Positions 9,667 through 18,325 of a stretch of DNA of 64,000 nt are shown here, piece after piece (position 1 is the stretch's first letter; the number at the start of each line of letters is the position of its first letter). Origin of the DNA: Candidatus Eiseniibacteriota bacterium (GTDB lineage Bacteria > Eisenbacteria > RBG-16-71-46). The stretch covers positions 3,241 to 67,240 of the forward strand of contig DASTBI010000163.1 in assembly GCA_035712145.1 (NCBI GenBank), given 5' to 3'. The translations under genes and the position numbers were made by a program. The notes beneath the pieces were generated by a model. The model did no database searches, was not told where the DNA came from, and saw nothing but the letters and a program-made list of their open reading frames with translations.

Positions 9667-9827
9667 GGAGCCCTCCCGCTTCCGGCGCAGTCGAATTGCC
9701 ACTGCACATTTGAGCCCTGCAGGGGCTATACTGCGGACCCGCCCAGGGATGGCGGGCAGCGCCTCGGGGCGCTGAGCGAGCCACCCGAGGGAACGCCGGC
9801 CGTGCCGGCGTCTCGTGAGGAGCACGA

Positions 9828-12215
9828 GTGCACGCCGAGCCCCTGCGCTTCCCACCGGTTCTTTCGGTCGTCGAGAAGCCCGCCGATCTGGCTTCGGTTC
9901 TCCGGAGGCTCTCGGACCGGCCCGATCACCGTGGTGCCGTGGTCCACTGGCGGACCCTGGAACCCCGAGCCGCGCGCTTCAAAGCACTCGAACCGCCGCT
10001 CTCCGATCCGGTCGCCGGCGCGCTGGCCTCGCTCGGCATCCACCAGCTCTACCTCCACCAGGCGCAGGCCATCGAGCTGCTGCGCGCCCAGCGCGATGTC
10101 GTGGTCGTGACCGGGACGGCGAGCGGCAAGAGTCTTTGCTACCACGTGCCCGTGCTCGAGCGGCTGACCGCCGATCCCGAAGCCACGGCGCTCTATCTGT
10201 TTCCCACCAAGGCGCTCGCCCAGGACCAGCTGAAGAGCATCACCCGGCTCGCGGCGAGCCATCTGGATCTGGGGCAACGGGTGCAGGCCGGTGTCTACGA
10301 CGGCGATACCCAGGTCAGCACCAGGCGCAAGCTGCGGGATTCCGCCAACGTCATCCTCTCGAATCCCGACATGCTTCATCAGGGGATCCTGCCGTCCCAC
10401 CCCAAGTGGGCGCGCTTCCTGTCGCGCCTCCGCTTCGTGGTCGTGGACGAGATGCACGCGTATCGCGGCATCTTCGGCTCGCACGTGGCGAACGTGCTGC
10501 GGAGGCTCGAGCGCATCGCCACGCACTATGGCGCCGCCTTTTCGTACGCGTCGTGCAGCGCCACCATCCGCAATCCCGCGGAGCTGGCCCATGGGCTCAC
10601 CGGCAGGGTGACCGCGGTGATCGACGAGGACGGCTCGCCTCGGGGACCCAAGCACTTCGTGTTCTGGAATCCTCCCTTCGTCGACGATTCGAAGGTCGAG
10701 CGCCGCTCCAGCAACGGCGACGGGAGCCGGCTGGTCGCGGAGCTGGTGGCCAGTGGTGCTGCGGTGATCGCCTTCACGAAGTCGCGGGTGGCGGCGGAGC
10801 TGGTCTATCGCTACGCACGCGAGAACCTCGAGCGCTGGGCGCCGAGCGAGGCCGGGCGCATTCGCCCCTATCGCGGGGGCTATCTGCCGGAGGAGCGCCG
10901 CTCGATCGAGCGCGCGCTGTTCTCCGGAGAGCTCAAGGCCGTGATCTCCACCAACGCGCTCGAGCTCGGCATCGACGTCGGCGGACTCGACGCGGCGATC
11001 CTGATCGGCGCGCCCCCGACGCTGGCGAGCGCGTGGCAGCAGGCGGGCCGCGCCGGCCGCCAGGGGGCGCCGTCGGTCGCGGTGCTGGTGGCCTACAACG
11101 AGACGGTGGACCAGTACCTGATGCGGCATCCGGACTACTTCTTCGGCCGGTCGCCGGAGGCCGCGGTCATCGACGCCGAGAATCCGTACATCCTCGCTCA
11201 GCAGCTCGGGTGCGCCGCCTACGAGCTTCCGCTCTCGTCCGAGGACGCGGCGCGTTTCGGGGGTCAGACGGCATCCGTTCTCGACGCGCTCGAGAGCTCG
11301 GGGGAGACCCGCTCGTTCGACGGCCGCGCCTACTGGGCCTCGGCCGAGTTTCCTGCCGCCAAGGTGAACCTGAGGACGATCTCCGACGACACGTACACGA
11401 TCATGAACATGCGCGAGAACAACGCCGTGATCGGAACGGTCGACGCCATCAGCGGGCTCGAGCTGGTCTATCCCGAAGCCATCTATCTCCACGACGGGGC
11501 GACCTATCTCGTGCGCGAGCTGGATCTCGAGCAGAAGGTCGCCTACGTGGAGCCACGCGAAGTCGGCTACTACACCCAGCCGGTGCTGGAGATGCAGATC
11601 CGCGTGCGGAACCCGCTCGATCGCCGGAGCTTCTGTGACGAGACCCTCGAGCTCGGCGAGGTCACTTACGCATGGCAGACCGTGGCGATGAAGAAGGTGA
11701 AGTTCGGGACTCGCGAATCGATCGGCTATCACCCGCTCGCGCTGCCGCGGCTCACGCTCGACACGGTCGGGTTCTGGCTCGCTCCGGGGGCCGAGACCTG
11801 GGCGCAGATCGGCCGCCGTGGGGCGGGCCCCTGGGAAGCACTGGCCGGCGTGAGGAACCTGTCGATCACCTTGCTCTCGATGATGACGATGTGCGACCCG
11901 TCCGACCTCCAGGGCGTGCTCGACTCGTCGAACCTGGGCCGGCCGACTTTGTTCCTCTTCGACCGCTATCCAGGCGGGCTCGGCTTTTCCGAGCAGGGCT
12001 TTGCCCGCGCCGAGGAGCTGGCGAAGGCGGCGCTCGAGCACGTGCGCTCCTGTCCCTGCGATACCGGATGTCCCTCCTGCGTCGGCCTTCCGGTGCTGCG
12101 GCCGGCGCAGCAGCAGGATCCCGACCTCTCACGCGCCCGCGCCGTGCCCAGCAAGGATGCCGCGCGCGCGCTGCTCGAGATCTGGTGCGCCCGCCAGGGA
12201 GACCAGGCTCCTTGA
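9828..12215 (+). CDS. DEAD/DEAH-box helicase with C-terminal DUF1998/MZB zinc domain (YprA/MrfA-like)
   Basis: 795 aa. Motif I VTGTASGKS, motif II VVVDEMHAYRG, and a helicase C domain (QQAGRAGR). The C-terminal SCPCDTGCPSCV four-Cys cluster is typical of DUF1998. GTG start preceded by GAGGAG. Confidence 0.92.
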   Translation: MHAEPLRFPPVLSVVEKPADLASVLRRLSDRPDHRGAVVHWRTLEPRAARFKALEPPLSDPVAGALASLGIHQLYLHQAQAIELLRAQRDVVVVTGTASGKSLCYHVPVLERLTADPEATALYLFPTKALAQDQLKSITRLAASHLDLGQRVQAGVYDGDTQVSTRRKLRDSANVILSNPDMLHQGILPSHPKWARFLSRLRFVVVDEMHAYRGIFGSHVANVLRRLERIATHYGAAFSYASCSATIRNPAELAHGLTGRVTAVIDEDGSPRGPKHFVFWNPPFVDDSKVERRSSNGDGSRLVAELVASGAAVIAFTKSRVAAELVYRYARENLERWAPSEAGRIRPYRGGYLPEERRSIERALFSGELKAVISTNALELGIDVGGLDAAILIGAPPTLASAWQQAGRAGRQGAPSVAVLVAYNETVDQYLMRHPDYFFGRSPEAAVIDAENPYILAQQLGCAAYELPLSSEDAARFGGQTASVLDALESSGETRSFDGRAYWASAEFPAAKVNLRTISDDTYTIMNMRENNAVIGTVDAISGLELVYPEAIYLHDGATYLVRELDLEQKVAYVEPREVGYYTQPVLEMQIRVRNPLDRRSFCDETLELGEVTYAWQTVAMKKVKFGTRESIGYHPLALPRLTLDTVGFWLAPGAETWAQIGRRGAGPWEALAGVRNLSITLLSMMTMCDPSDLQGVLDSSNLGRPTLFLFDRYPGGLGFSEQGFARAEELAKAALEHVRSCPCDTGCPSCVGLPVLRPAQQQDPDLSRARAVPSKDAARALLEIWCARQGDQAP

Positions 12216-13066
12216 TCGGGGGCAGCCTCCTGCGCGTGCGCCTGGCTCAGCTGGCGCGCGAGCGACGCTCAGGAGGACGAGTCGAAATCCCTGCCAGCCC
12301 CACGCCGCCCCCGGTGCTCAGCATTCACGCGATCGGCGTAGAGGGTTATCTCCCGGGAGGCGAGTGGCGCGACGAGCGCGGAGCGGTGTTCGTCCACGAG
12401 CGAATGCGCTCCGAGATCGAGCGTCCCCGCGCCGACTGGAGTCTTCTCGACGCGCCTCCGGAAGAAGAGGAAGCGCTGCGTGTCGTGCGCGATCTCGACT
12501 TCAGGCGAGTCCTTTTCCTCGATCTCGAGACCGGCGGCTTCTCGGGAAGCCCGGTGTTCCTGGCGGGAACGATGCGATGGAACGGATCCGACTTCGTGCT
12601 GCGGCAGTACTTCGCCCGCCATTACGGAGAGGAAGCTTCGTTGCTCCGCGCTCTCGCGCAGATGGCGCGAGATTTCGACGCCCTCGTGAGCTTCAATGGC
12701 AAGTCGTACGACGTGCCGTTCCTCCGTGACCGCGCCCGCGTCCATGCGGTGGCTCTCACGCTTCCGGAGTTCCACCTGGATCTACTCCATCCGGCAAGGC
12801 GGCGCTGGCGAGGGCGCTGGATGGACTGCAGGCTCCAGACCCTCGAGCTCTTCGTATGCCGGCGCCGGCGGTCGGGCGATGTCCCGAGCGACGAGGTCCC
12901 CTCCCTCTACCACGACTTCGTCCGCCGAGGAGATCCTTATCGCCTGCTCCCGGTCTTCCACCACAACCTCTTGGATGTCATCACCATGCACGGAATTCTG
13001 CGGGCCCTGTGCCGGCCCCTCGAGGCCGTGCCTCCCCCAGGGTGGACCCTGGGGAGCCAGGCCTGA
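12212..13066 (+). CDS. RNase H-like (YprB/MrfB-type) exonuclease domain protein
   Basis: FLDLETGGFSG (DEDD-type first acidic block), SFNGKSYDVPFL, HHNLLDV. A TTG at 12212 overlaps the helicase stop (TTGA); a GTG at 12236 is an alternative start. Confidence 0.8.
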   Translation: MIGGSLLRVRLAQLARERRSGGRVEIPASPTPPPVLSIHAIGVEGYLPGGEWRDERGAVFVHERMRSEIERPRADWSLLDAPPEEEEALRVVRDLDFRRVLFLDLETGGFSGSPVFLAGTMRWNGSDFVLRQYFARHYGEEASLLRALAQMARDFDALVSFNGKSYDVPFLRDRARVHAVALTLPEFHLDLLHPARRRWRGRWMDCRLQTLELFVCRRRRSGDVPSDEVPSLYHDFVRRGDPYRLLPVFHHNLLDVITMHGILRALCRPLEAVPPPGWTLGSQA

Positions 13067-13095
13067 ATTTCGACCTGGGATGCATTGACAGTTCG

Positions 13096-13124
13096 TTGAC
13101 ACACCGAGGGGCCATACCTATAAT
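13096..13124 (+). promoter_or_regulatory. consensus sigma70 promoter TTGACA-N17-TATAAT
   Basis: TTGACA at 13096..13101, exactly 17 nt of spacer, TATAAT at 13119..13124. A second TTGACA lies at 13085..13090. It sits about 185 nt upstream of the CSD-fusion ATG in an AT-richer stretch. Confidence 0.6.
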
Positions 13125-13234
13125 TCCGGCCTCGCAAGCGTGGTTCGATTCATCCTCGAGTGTCTTCGTGCACCTCTCCCTTACTGGCAACCGTGAGGTC
13201 CTCACCGCCCCCCACCTCGTGATCTGAGTTCGCT

Positions 13235-13266
13235 CCGGCGCTGCCCTTGCCGGAGTTTTTCGTTTT
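13235..13266 (+). terminator. intrinsic-terminator-like hairpin plus T-tract inside the 5' leader (possible attenuator)
   Basis: ccggc gctgccctt gccgg is followed by agtttttcgtttt, about 45 nt before the start codon. Confidence 0.4.
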
Positions 13267-13309
13267 CCCTGCACCGCTGACTGGCGTACCTGGAGGTGGA
13301 TATCGCGTC

Positions 13310-13906
13310 ATGGCTACGATCGAAGACAAGACCATCAAGTGTGTGGATTGCGGTGAAGAGTTTCTGTTCACGATCGGGGAACAGGAGTTCTACCGGGACC
13401 ACGGACTGACTCACGCCCCGACCCGCTGCCGCAACTGCCGTGAAACCCGCAAGGCCAAGCGAACCAGTCATGGCACGGGCGGCGCGCGCCCCTCGGGCGC
13501 CGTGCGTGAGATGTTCAAGGCGGTCTGTGCGGAGTGCGGCTCCGAGACGATGGTGCCGTTCTCACCGACCTCGGGAAGGCCGGTCTACTGTCGCAACTGT
13601 TTCCAGAGTCATCGTCCGGCCATGGCTCGCGCCGGCGCTGCCTCGCGCAACACGACGATGACCCCGCGCCCCGTCCACGCCGGCGGCGGCGGCGGCGGCG
13701 ATGGCCGTCGCCAAGGGGCGGTCAAGTGGTTCAACTCCAGCAAGGGATTCGGCTTCATCCAGACGGAGCAGGGAGAGGATCTGTTCGTCCACTTCTCCGC
13801 CATCCAGTCGGATGGCTACCGGAGCTTGACAGACGGCGACCGCGTCGAGTTCGATGTGGTCGAGAGCAACAAGGGGCGCCAGGCCGCCAACGTCATCAAG
13901 GTCTGA
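13310..13906 (+). CDS. zinc-ribbon (x2) / cold-shock domain fusion protein
   Basis: ATG at 13310 after GGAGGTGGA. N-terminal CVDCG-x25-CRNC, then CAECG-x17-CRNC (CxxC-x17-CxxC type), a Gly-rich linker, and a canonical CSD: [15 protein letters not shown]...DLFVHFSAI (RNP1/RNP2). Confidence 0.9.
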   Translation: MATIEDKTIKCVDCGEEFLFTIGEQEFYRDHGLTHAPTRCRNCRETRKAKRTSHGTGGARPSGAVREMFKAVCAECGSETMVPFSPTSGRPVYCRNCFQSHRPAMARAGAASRNTTMTPRPVHAGGGGGGDGRRQGAVKWFNSSKGFGFIQTEQGEDLFVHFSAIQSDGYRSLTDGDRVEFDVVESNKGRQAANVIKV

Positions 13907-13983
13907 AGCAAGCTTCCGCCGACAAGTCAGGAAGCCTCTGCACGTGATCGTGCGGGGGCTTTCGACTGGGGGGCCACGTCGGA

Positions 13984-15627
13984 ATGCTGGAAACCGTCAA
14001 GACGTTCACCGCACTCAGCGAGGAGTTCGTCGAGCTGTACATGCGGCACCACCCGGTGCAGGCAACGCTGGCGGGCATCCACGACTACGACGAGAAGCTC
14101 CCCGACGATTCGCCCGCCGGTATTCGCGAGCGCATCGCCTGGCTTCGCGATCTCGAGCAGCGGCTGGTCGCCTCGGTCCCCTGGCAGGAGCTCCCCGTCG
14201 AGCAGCGTGTCGACTTCGGGCTCCTGCGCTCGCGGCTCGGCGCCATGCGCGCGGATCTCGAGGAGATCAAGCTGCACGCCCGCAATCCCGCGATCTATCC
14301 CGAGACGGCCCTGACCGGCATCTTCCTGCTGATGGCCCGGCGCCACGCTCCGCTGGAGGAGCGCAAGGAAGCGATCCTGGCCCGCCTGCTCGCGGTTCCG
14401 GACTACCTCAAGGTGGTGCGCGCCAACTTCGAGCAGGTTCCGGACACCTTTCTCGGCACGGCGTCGGAGATCACGCTCAGCGCGCCGGCGTTCGTCGACG
14501 ACGTCACGCGGACGCTGGTGAAGTCGTTTCCGAGCGAGGCGGAGCGCATCGAGCACGCGGGCTCCCGCGCGCGCGTGGGCTTCCTCCAATATCAGGAGTT
14601 CATCGATCGCGACCTGGAGGCCAAGGTCGGCGGCACGTTCGCGATCGGCGAGCGTTGGATGAACTTCAAGCTCGAGCGCGAGCACCTGCTCGGCATGGAC
14701 TGCACGGCGCTCGAGGCGATGGGCCGCGAGCACGTCGAGAGCACCCGCAAGCTGCTCGAAGCCGAGGCCGCCAAGCTCGATCCCGTGCGCTCGTGGCGAG
14801 ATCAGATCGCCGAGGCCAAGAAGCGGCACCCTGAACCGCTACGACTTCGTGAAGCTTACGAGGCCGAAGTGTCCCGCGCCCGGCAGTTCGTCGCCGAGCA
14901 GGGCATGATTCCGATTCCCGAAGGGGAGAAGCTCGAGGTCATCGACACGCCGCTCTTCCTGCGCGCGACCACGCCTTACGCCGCCTACCTGTCGCCGGCG
15001 CCGTTCGACGAGGACCAGACCGGCTATTTCTTCGTCACGCCCATCGACAACACGCGCCGCAAGGAAGAGCAGGCCCAGCAGCTCGAAGGACACTGCTACG
15101 CGGGGCTTCCGCTCACCACGGTCCACGAGGCCTACCCGGGCCACCACCTCCAGCTCGTGCACGCCAACCGCTCCAGCTCACGGCTGCGTCAGCTGGCCGA
15201 CAGCAACGTGTTCGCCGAGGGATGGGCGCTCTATTGCGAGGAGCTGATGCACGAGCACGGCTACTACCTCGACGCCGTGACGCGGCTCTATCAGCTCAAG
15301 GACCTCTTGTGGCGCGCCTGCCGCGTGGTCATCGACGTCGGCCTCCACACCGGCAAGATGACCTTCATGCAGGCGGTGGACTACCTGGTCGAGCAGGCGA
15401 TGGTCGAGCGCTTCAATGCCGTCATCGAGGTCAAGCGCTACACCATGACGCCCACGCAGCCCAGCAGCTACCTGGTCGGCAAGGTGCAGATCCTCGCGCT
15501 GCGGAGCGAGGCGCAGAAGAAGCAGGGATCCCGCTTCGACCTCGCGCGCTTCCACGAGCAGCTGCTCGCCATCGGCACGCTGCCGCTGGGCCTGGTGCGC
15601 GAAGAGCTGTTCACCAAGCTCACCTAG
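13984..15627 (+). CDS. DUF885 family protein (putative metallopeptidase-like)
   Basis: 547 aa. The HEAYPGHHLQ motif and overall layout match my recollection of DUF885. Confidence 0.85.
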   Translation: MLETVKTFTALSEEFVELYMRHHPVQATLAGIHDYDEKLPDDSPAGIRERIAWLRDLEQRLVASVPWQELPVEQRVDFGLLRSRLGAMRADLEEIKLHARNPAIYPETALTGIFLLMARRHAPLEERKEAILARLLAVPDYLKVVRANFEQVPDTFLGTASEITLSAPAFVDDVTRTLVKSFPSEAERIEHAGSRARVGFLQYQEFIDRDLEAKVGGTFAIGERWMNFKLEREHLLGMDCTALEAMGREHVESTRKLLEAEAAKLDPVRSWRDQIAEAKKRHPEPLRLREAYEAEVSRARQFVAEQGMIPIPEGEKLEVIDTPLFLRATTPYAAYLSPAPFDEDQTGYFFVTPIDNTRRKEEQAQQLEGHCYAGLPLTTVHEAYPGHHLQLVHANRSSSRLRQLADSNVFAEGWALYCEELMHEHGYYLDAVTRLYQLKDLLWRACRVVIDVGLHTGKMTFMQAVDYLVEQAMVERFNAVIEVKRYTMTPTQPSSYLVGKVQILALRSEAQKKQGSRFDLARFHEQLLAIGTLPLGLVREELFTKLT

Positions 15628-16977
15628 TCAGCGCGCCGCGATCACGTCCCCGGGCATGACCGGGATCGGGCACAACCGATCCGCGCCCTGGATCCAGGGA
15701 TAGGTCTTCCGGCCTCCCACCGGCTTGAGCCGCGATGACGTCGCGGTCGCCGACTCGCTCAGGTTCACGCGCGGGATGCTCGCGGCGAATTTGGCGTTGA
15801 CGGCATCGATCATCAAGTTGGCGAGAAAGCCGTGCGCCAGATCGGTAGGATGAACGCCGTCGAGGCTGAACAGCCCTCCAGTGACGAAATCGGTCGTGTA
15901 GTCGTGCCCGGCGAAGGAAAGCCCCTCGGTCGCGGCGTCATGCAGCAACCCGTTCAGGTCGACCACGGCTGCGCCTCGTTGGTTCGCGTGGAAGCGAATC
16001 GTGTCGTTGAAGGCAGCGACCGCAGCCTGAATGGAGGCTCCCTCCAGAGCGTTCAGGACTTGGCTGTTGAGCAACGGGCGGCCGTTTCCAGGGGCGGTAG
16101 GATTGATGTAGTTGTAGGCCCCGACCGGGATGCCCGCGCCGACCGCGAGCGAATCCGCGGCGCGTAGCAACACCAGATCCGCAGGAGCCAGCGGACCGTC
16201 CGGGCCGATCAAGGGAACGGGCTGACCAGTGGTCAGACTGACGGTGAGCGGAGGAAAGGTGGTGAAGAAGGGGATGGTCGTAACATCGGGCACGGTGAAG
16301 AGCGCAAGCTTGGCTTGGGGTGTCACGACGCGGATCGAATCGAGCATGGCTCGGTAGTAGAAGCCGAACGCCTGCGGGCTGAGGATCGGAGTGCCGATGC
16401 CACTGGTCGCGGCGCCCAGCACTTCACCCGATCCGTATTCGATGCTGATGAAAGTCGGATCATGGCCCAGCACCTGCTGCACGATCGTGCCTCGATGGCG
16501 GACGATGTTCTCGAACTGCTCGATTCGCTCCAGATTGAGCCCGACGTAGTAGTTCGTGCTGTCCGTCGCGTCGGCGACGATGGCAGAAGACACGGCCATG
16601 TTGTGGTAAGACGTCGGCTGGCCGACGTTGGTGAACGTGCCCTGGGTGCGCCCCGCTCGGCTGATGATCAGCGGGTTCAGCGACACGATGCGAAGCAGCG
16701 GCGGCACCCCATCGGCACTGACGCTCGGAATCGTGAACGCCGAGGCGTCGGCCTGGCGCGCGAAGAGATAGGCATAGCTCTTGGTCTGGTGATGCTGGAC
16801 CAATCCGCCCGACTGCCATCCCGCGGTGATGCTGGTGCCCATCGCCACGTAGGTGCTGAAGTTGGCGCGCCCGCTCTGCGCCTGGGGCTGGGTGATGGGG
16901 TCGAGCTTTCCGCAAGCCGCGAGCGCCGCGCCGCAAAGCAGTCCGGCCGCGAGCCAAAGATACGTGCGTGTCTTCAT
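15628..16977 (-). CDS. SGNH/GDSL-type hydrolase lipoprotein (putative lipase/esterase)
   Basis: Signal/lipobox LLCGAALAAC. Block I AMGTSITAG (Ser nucleophile) and block V DGVHPTD (DxxH). Lies 14 nt downstream of the fadL-like gene. Confidence 0.8.
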   Translation of the reverse strand: MKTRTYLWLAAGLLCGAALAACGKLDPITQPQAQSGRANFSTYVAMGTSITAGWQSGGLVQHHQTKSYAYLFARQADASAFTIPSVSADGVPPLLRIVSLNPLIISRAGRTQGTFTNVGQPTSYHNMAVSSAIVADATDSTNYYVGLNLERIEQFENIVRHRGTIVQQVLGHDPTFISIEYGSGEVLGAATSGIGTPILSPQAFGFYYRAMLDSIRVVTPQAKLALFTVPDVTTIPFFTTFPPLTVSLTTGQPVPLIGPDGPLAPADLVLLRAADSLAVGAGIPVGAYNYINPTAPGNGRPLLNSQVLNALEGASIQAAVAAFNDTIRFHANQRGAAVVDLNGLLHDAATEGLSFAGHDYTTDFVTGGLFSLDGVHPTDLAHGFLANLMIDAVNAKFAASIPRVNLSESATATSSRLKPVGGRKTYPWIQGADRLCPIPVMPGDVIAAR

Positions 16978-16991
16978 GGCTTCTCCGTCCG

Positions 16992-18299
16992 CTACCAGCG
17001 GAAGCCTACGTTGAGCCCGAAGGCGTTCACGTAGGTCTTGTATTCGCCGTCATAGCCGTCGCGATTGACGCCCTCGGTCGAGCGCTGCTCGGTGATGATC
17101 CCCAGGTTGTAGAGATCGACGGTCACGCCGTTCCAGGGCTCGAACCCGGCGCCGAGCGCGATCCCGTGCCGGCGCGTGTCGGGCAGAAGCGGACTCACCG
17201 ATTCGGCGGGGGCGGCCTCCTGCTCGTAGTAGTAGCCGAAGCGGTAGCTCCATGACGCGAGCCGGTGCTCGGCCCCGAGCCGGATCGCGAGCGCGTCATC
17301 GTAGTCTTCGATGATCGTGCGGTTGGCCGACGGCGTCTGCTCGAACTCGAGCGGCAGGTCGCTGAACAGGGACCATTCGGTGAACACCACGCTGGTCTCG
17401 AGCGTCCAGTTGGCCGGCGTCCACGCCACGCCCGCCGCCCAGATCGCCGGGAAGCGCAGCACGGTGCTCACGCCCTGATCGGGCGGCAGGCTGGCGGCCA
17501 CCGCGGCGTCGAAGGTCGGATTGCCGGTCAGGATCTGCTCGAAGTCCGCGTCGCCCGAAGGCTTGGTGATGATCTTGCCCCGGTACGTCGCCCCCGCGCG
17601 CCACTGGTCGCTGGGCTTCACCGAGATCGCGGCGCCCCAGCCGTATCCCGGCTCCCAGTCGGACTCGAGCTCCGCGGACGCCACGTCGGTCTGCGCCCCG
17701 CCACCGCCCGGAATCGGCTGGAGGAGCCGGTTCTGGAGCTCGACCTTGGAGAACAGGATGTTTCCGACCGCGGCGAGGCTCACCGTCGGCGTCACCTGGT
17801 ACGCCGCCGTGAAGCCGAGGTTCGCAGTCTGGAGCTGGGCCTCGGTGACGATGTAGCGGCCCGTGAAGGTATCGGGATCTTTCCAGTCGACGCCCAGCCC
17901 GTAGGGGCTGTAGAGCCCGGCACCGGCTGCCCACTGCTCGCCGATCGGCCGCGCGTAGAAGAGCGCGGGGATCACGAACATGTTCGCGTCCATCTCCTCG
18001 GTGACCCCGAAGCCCGGATAGGGATTCACCCCCGCGAAGCTCGTGAACGGCGTGAGCACGGATCCGCCGAGGTACCAGGAGCCGCGCTCGTCGGCTTCGT
18101 CCTCGCGGACGATCCGGGTCAAAGCCGCGGCGTTGTAGTACAGCGCGGAAGGGTCATCGACCGAGGCCGTGCCCGCTCCCGCCATGCCCATCACGGCGGC
18201 GCCGGCTTCGTAGAGGCCATAACCGGCCGCCCGAGCCGTGACCGGGATTCCGAGTCCGAGTGCCAGAGCGGTCCATCTCCACCAACGTCGCACCCGCAT
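16992..18299 (-). CDS. outer membrane transport protein, FadL/OMPP1/TodX family
   Basis: 435 aa. Signal peptide ...VTARAAGYGLYE, alternating beta-strand pattern, and the terminal NVGFRW aromatic residue. Confidence 0.88.
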   Translation of the reverse strand: MRVRRWWRWTALALGLGIPVTARAAGYGLYEAGAAVMGMAGAGTASVDDPSALYYNAAALTRIVREDEADERGSWYLGGSVLTPFTSFAGVNPYPGFGVTEEMDANMFVIPALFYARPIGEQWAAGAGLYSPYGLGVDWKDPDTFTGRYIVTEAQLQTANLGFTAAYQVTPTVSLAAVGNILFSKVELQNRLLQPIPGGGGAQTDVASAELESDWEPGYGWGAAISVKPSDQWRAGATYRGKIITKPSGDADFEQILTGNPTFDAAVAASLPPDQGVSTVLRFPAIWAAGVAWTPANWTLETSVVFTEWSLFSDLPLEFEQTPSANRTIIEDYDDALAIRLGAEHRLASWSYRFGYYYEQEAAPAESVSPLLPDTRRHGIALGAGFEPWNGVTVDLYNLGIITEQRSTEGVNRDGYDGEYKTYVNAFGLNVGFRW

Positions 18300-18325
18300 G
18301 GCTGCTCCTTCTCCTCCGCCGCCGC

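Noticed and set aside
9667-9827. Promoter-like hexamers TTGCCA ... TATACT upstream of the helicase gene
   Set aside because: The spacing is 25 nt, or 11 nt from an alternative TTGAGC. Neither fits sigma70 geometry.
9726-12041. 771-aa minus-strand ORF antisense to the helicase gene
   Set aside because: The composition is dominated by Arg, Ala, Gly, Pro and His, with no recognisable motif. It lies exactly opposite a gene with clear helicase motifs. This is the typical high-GC shadow ORF.
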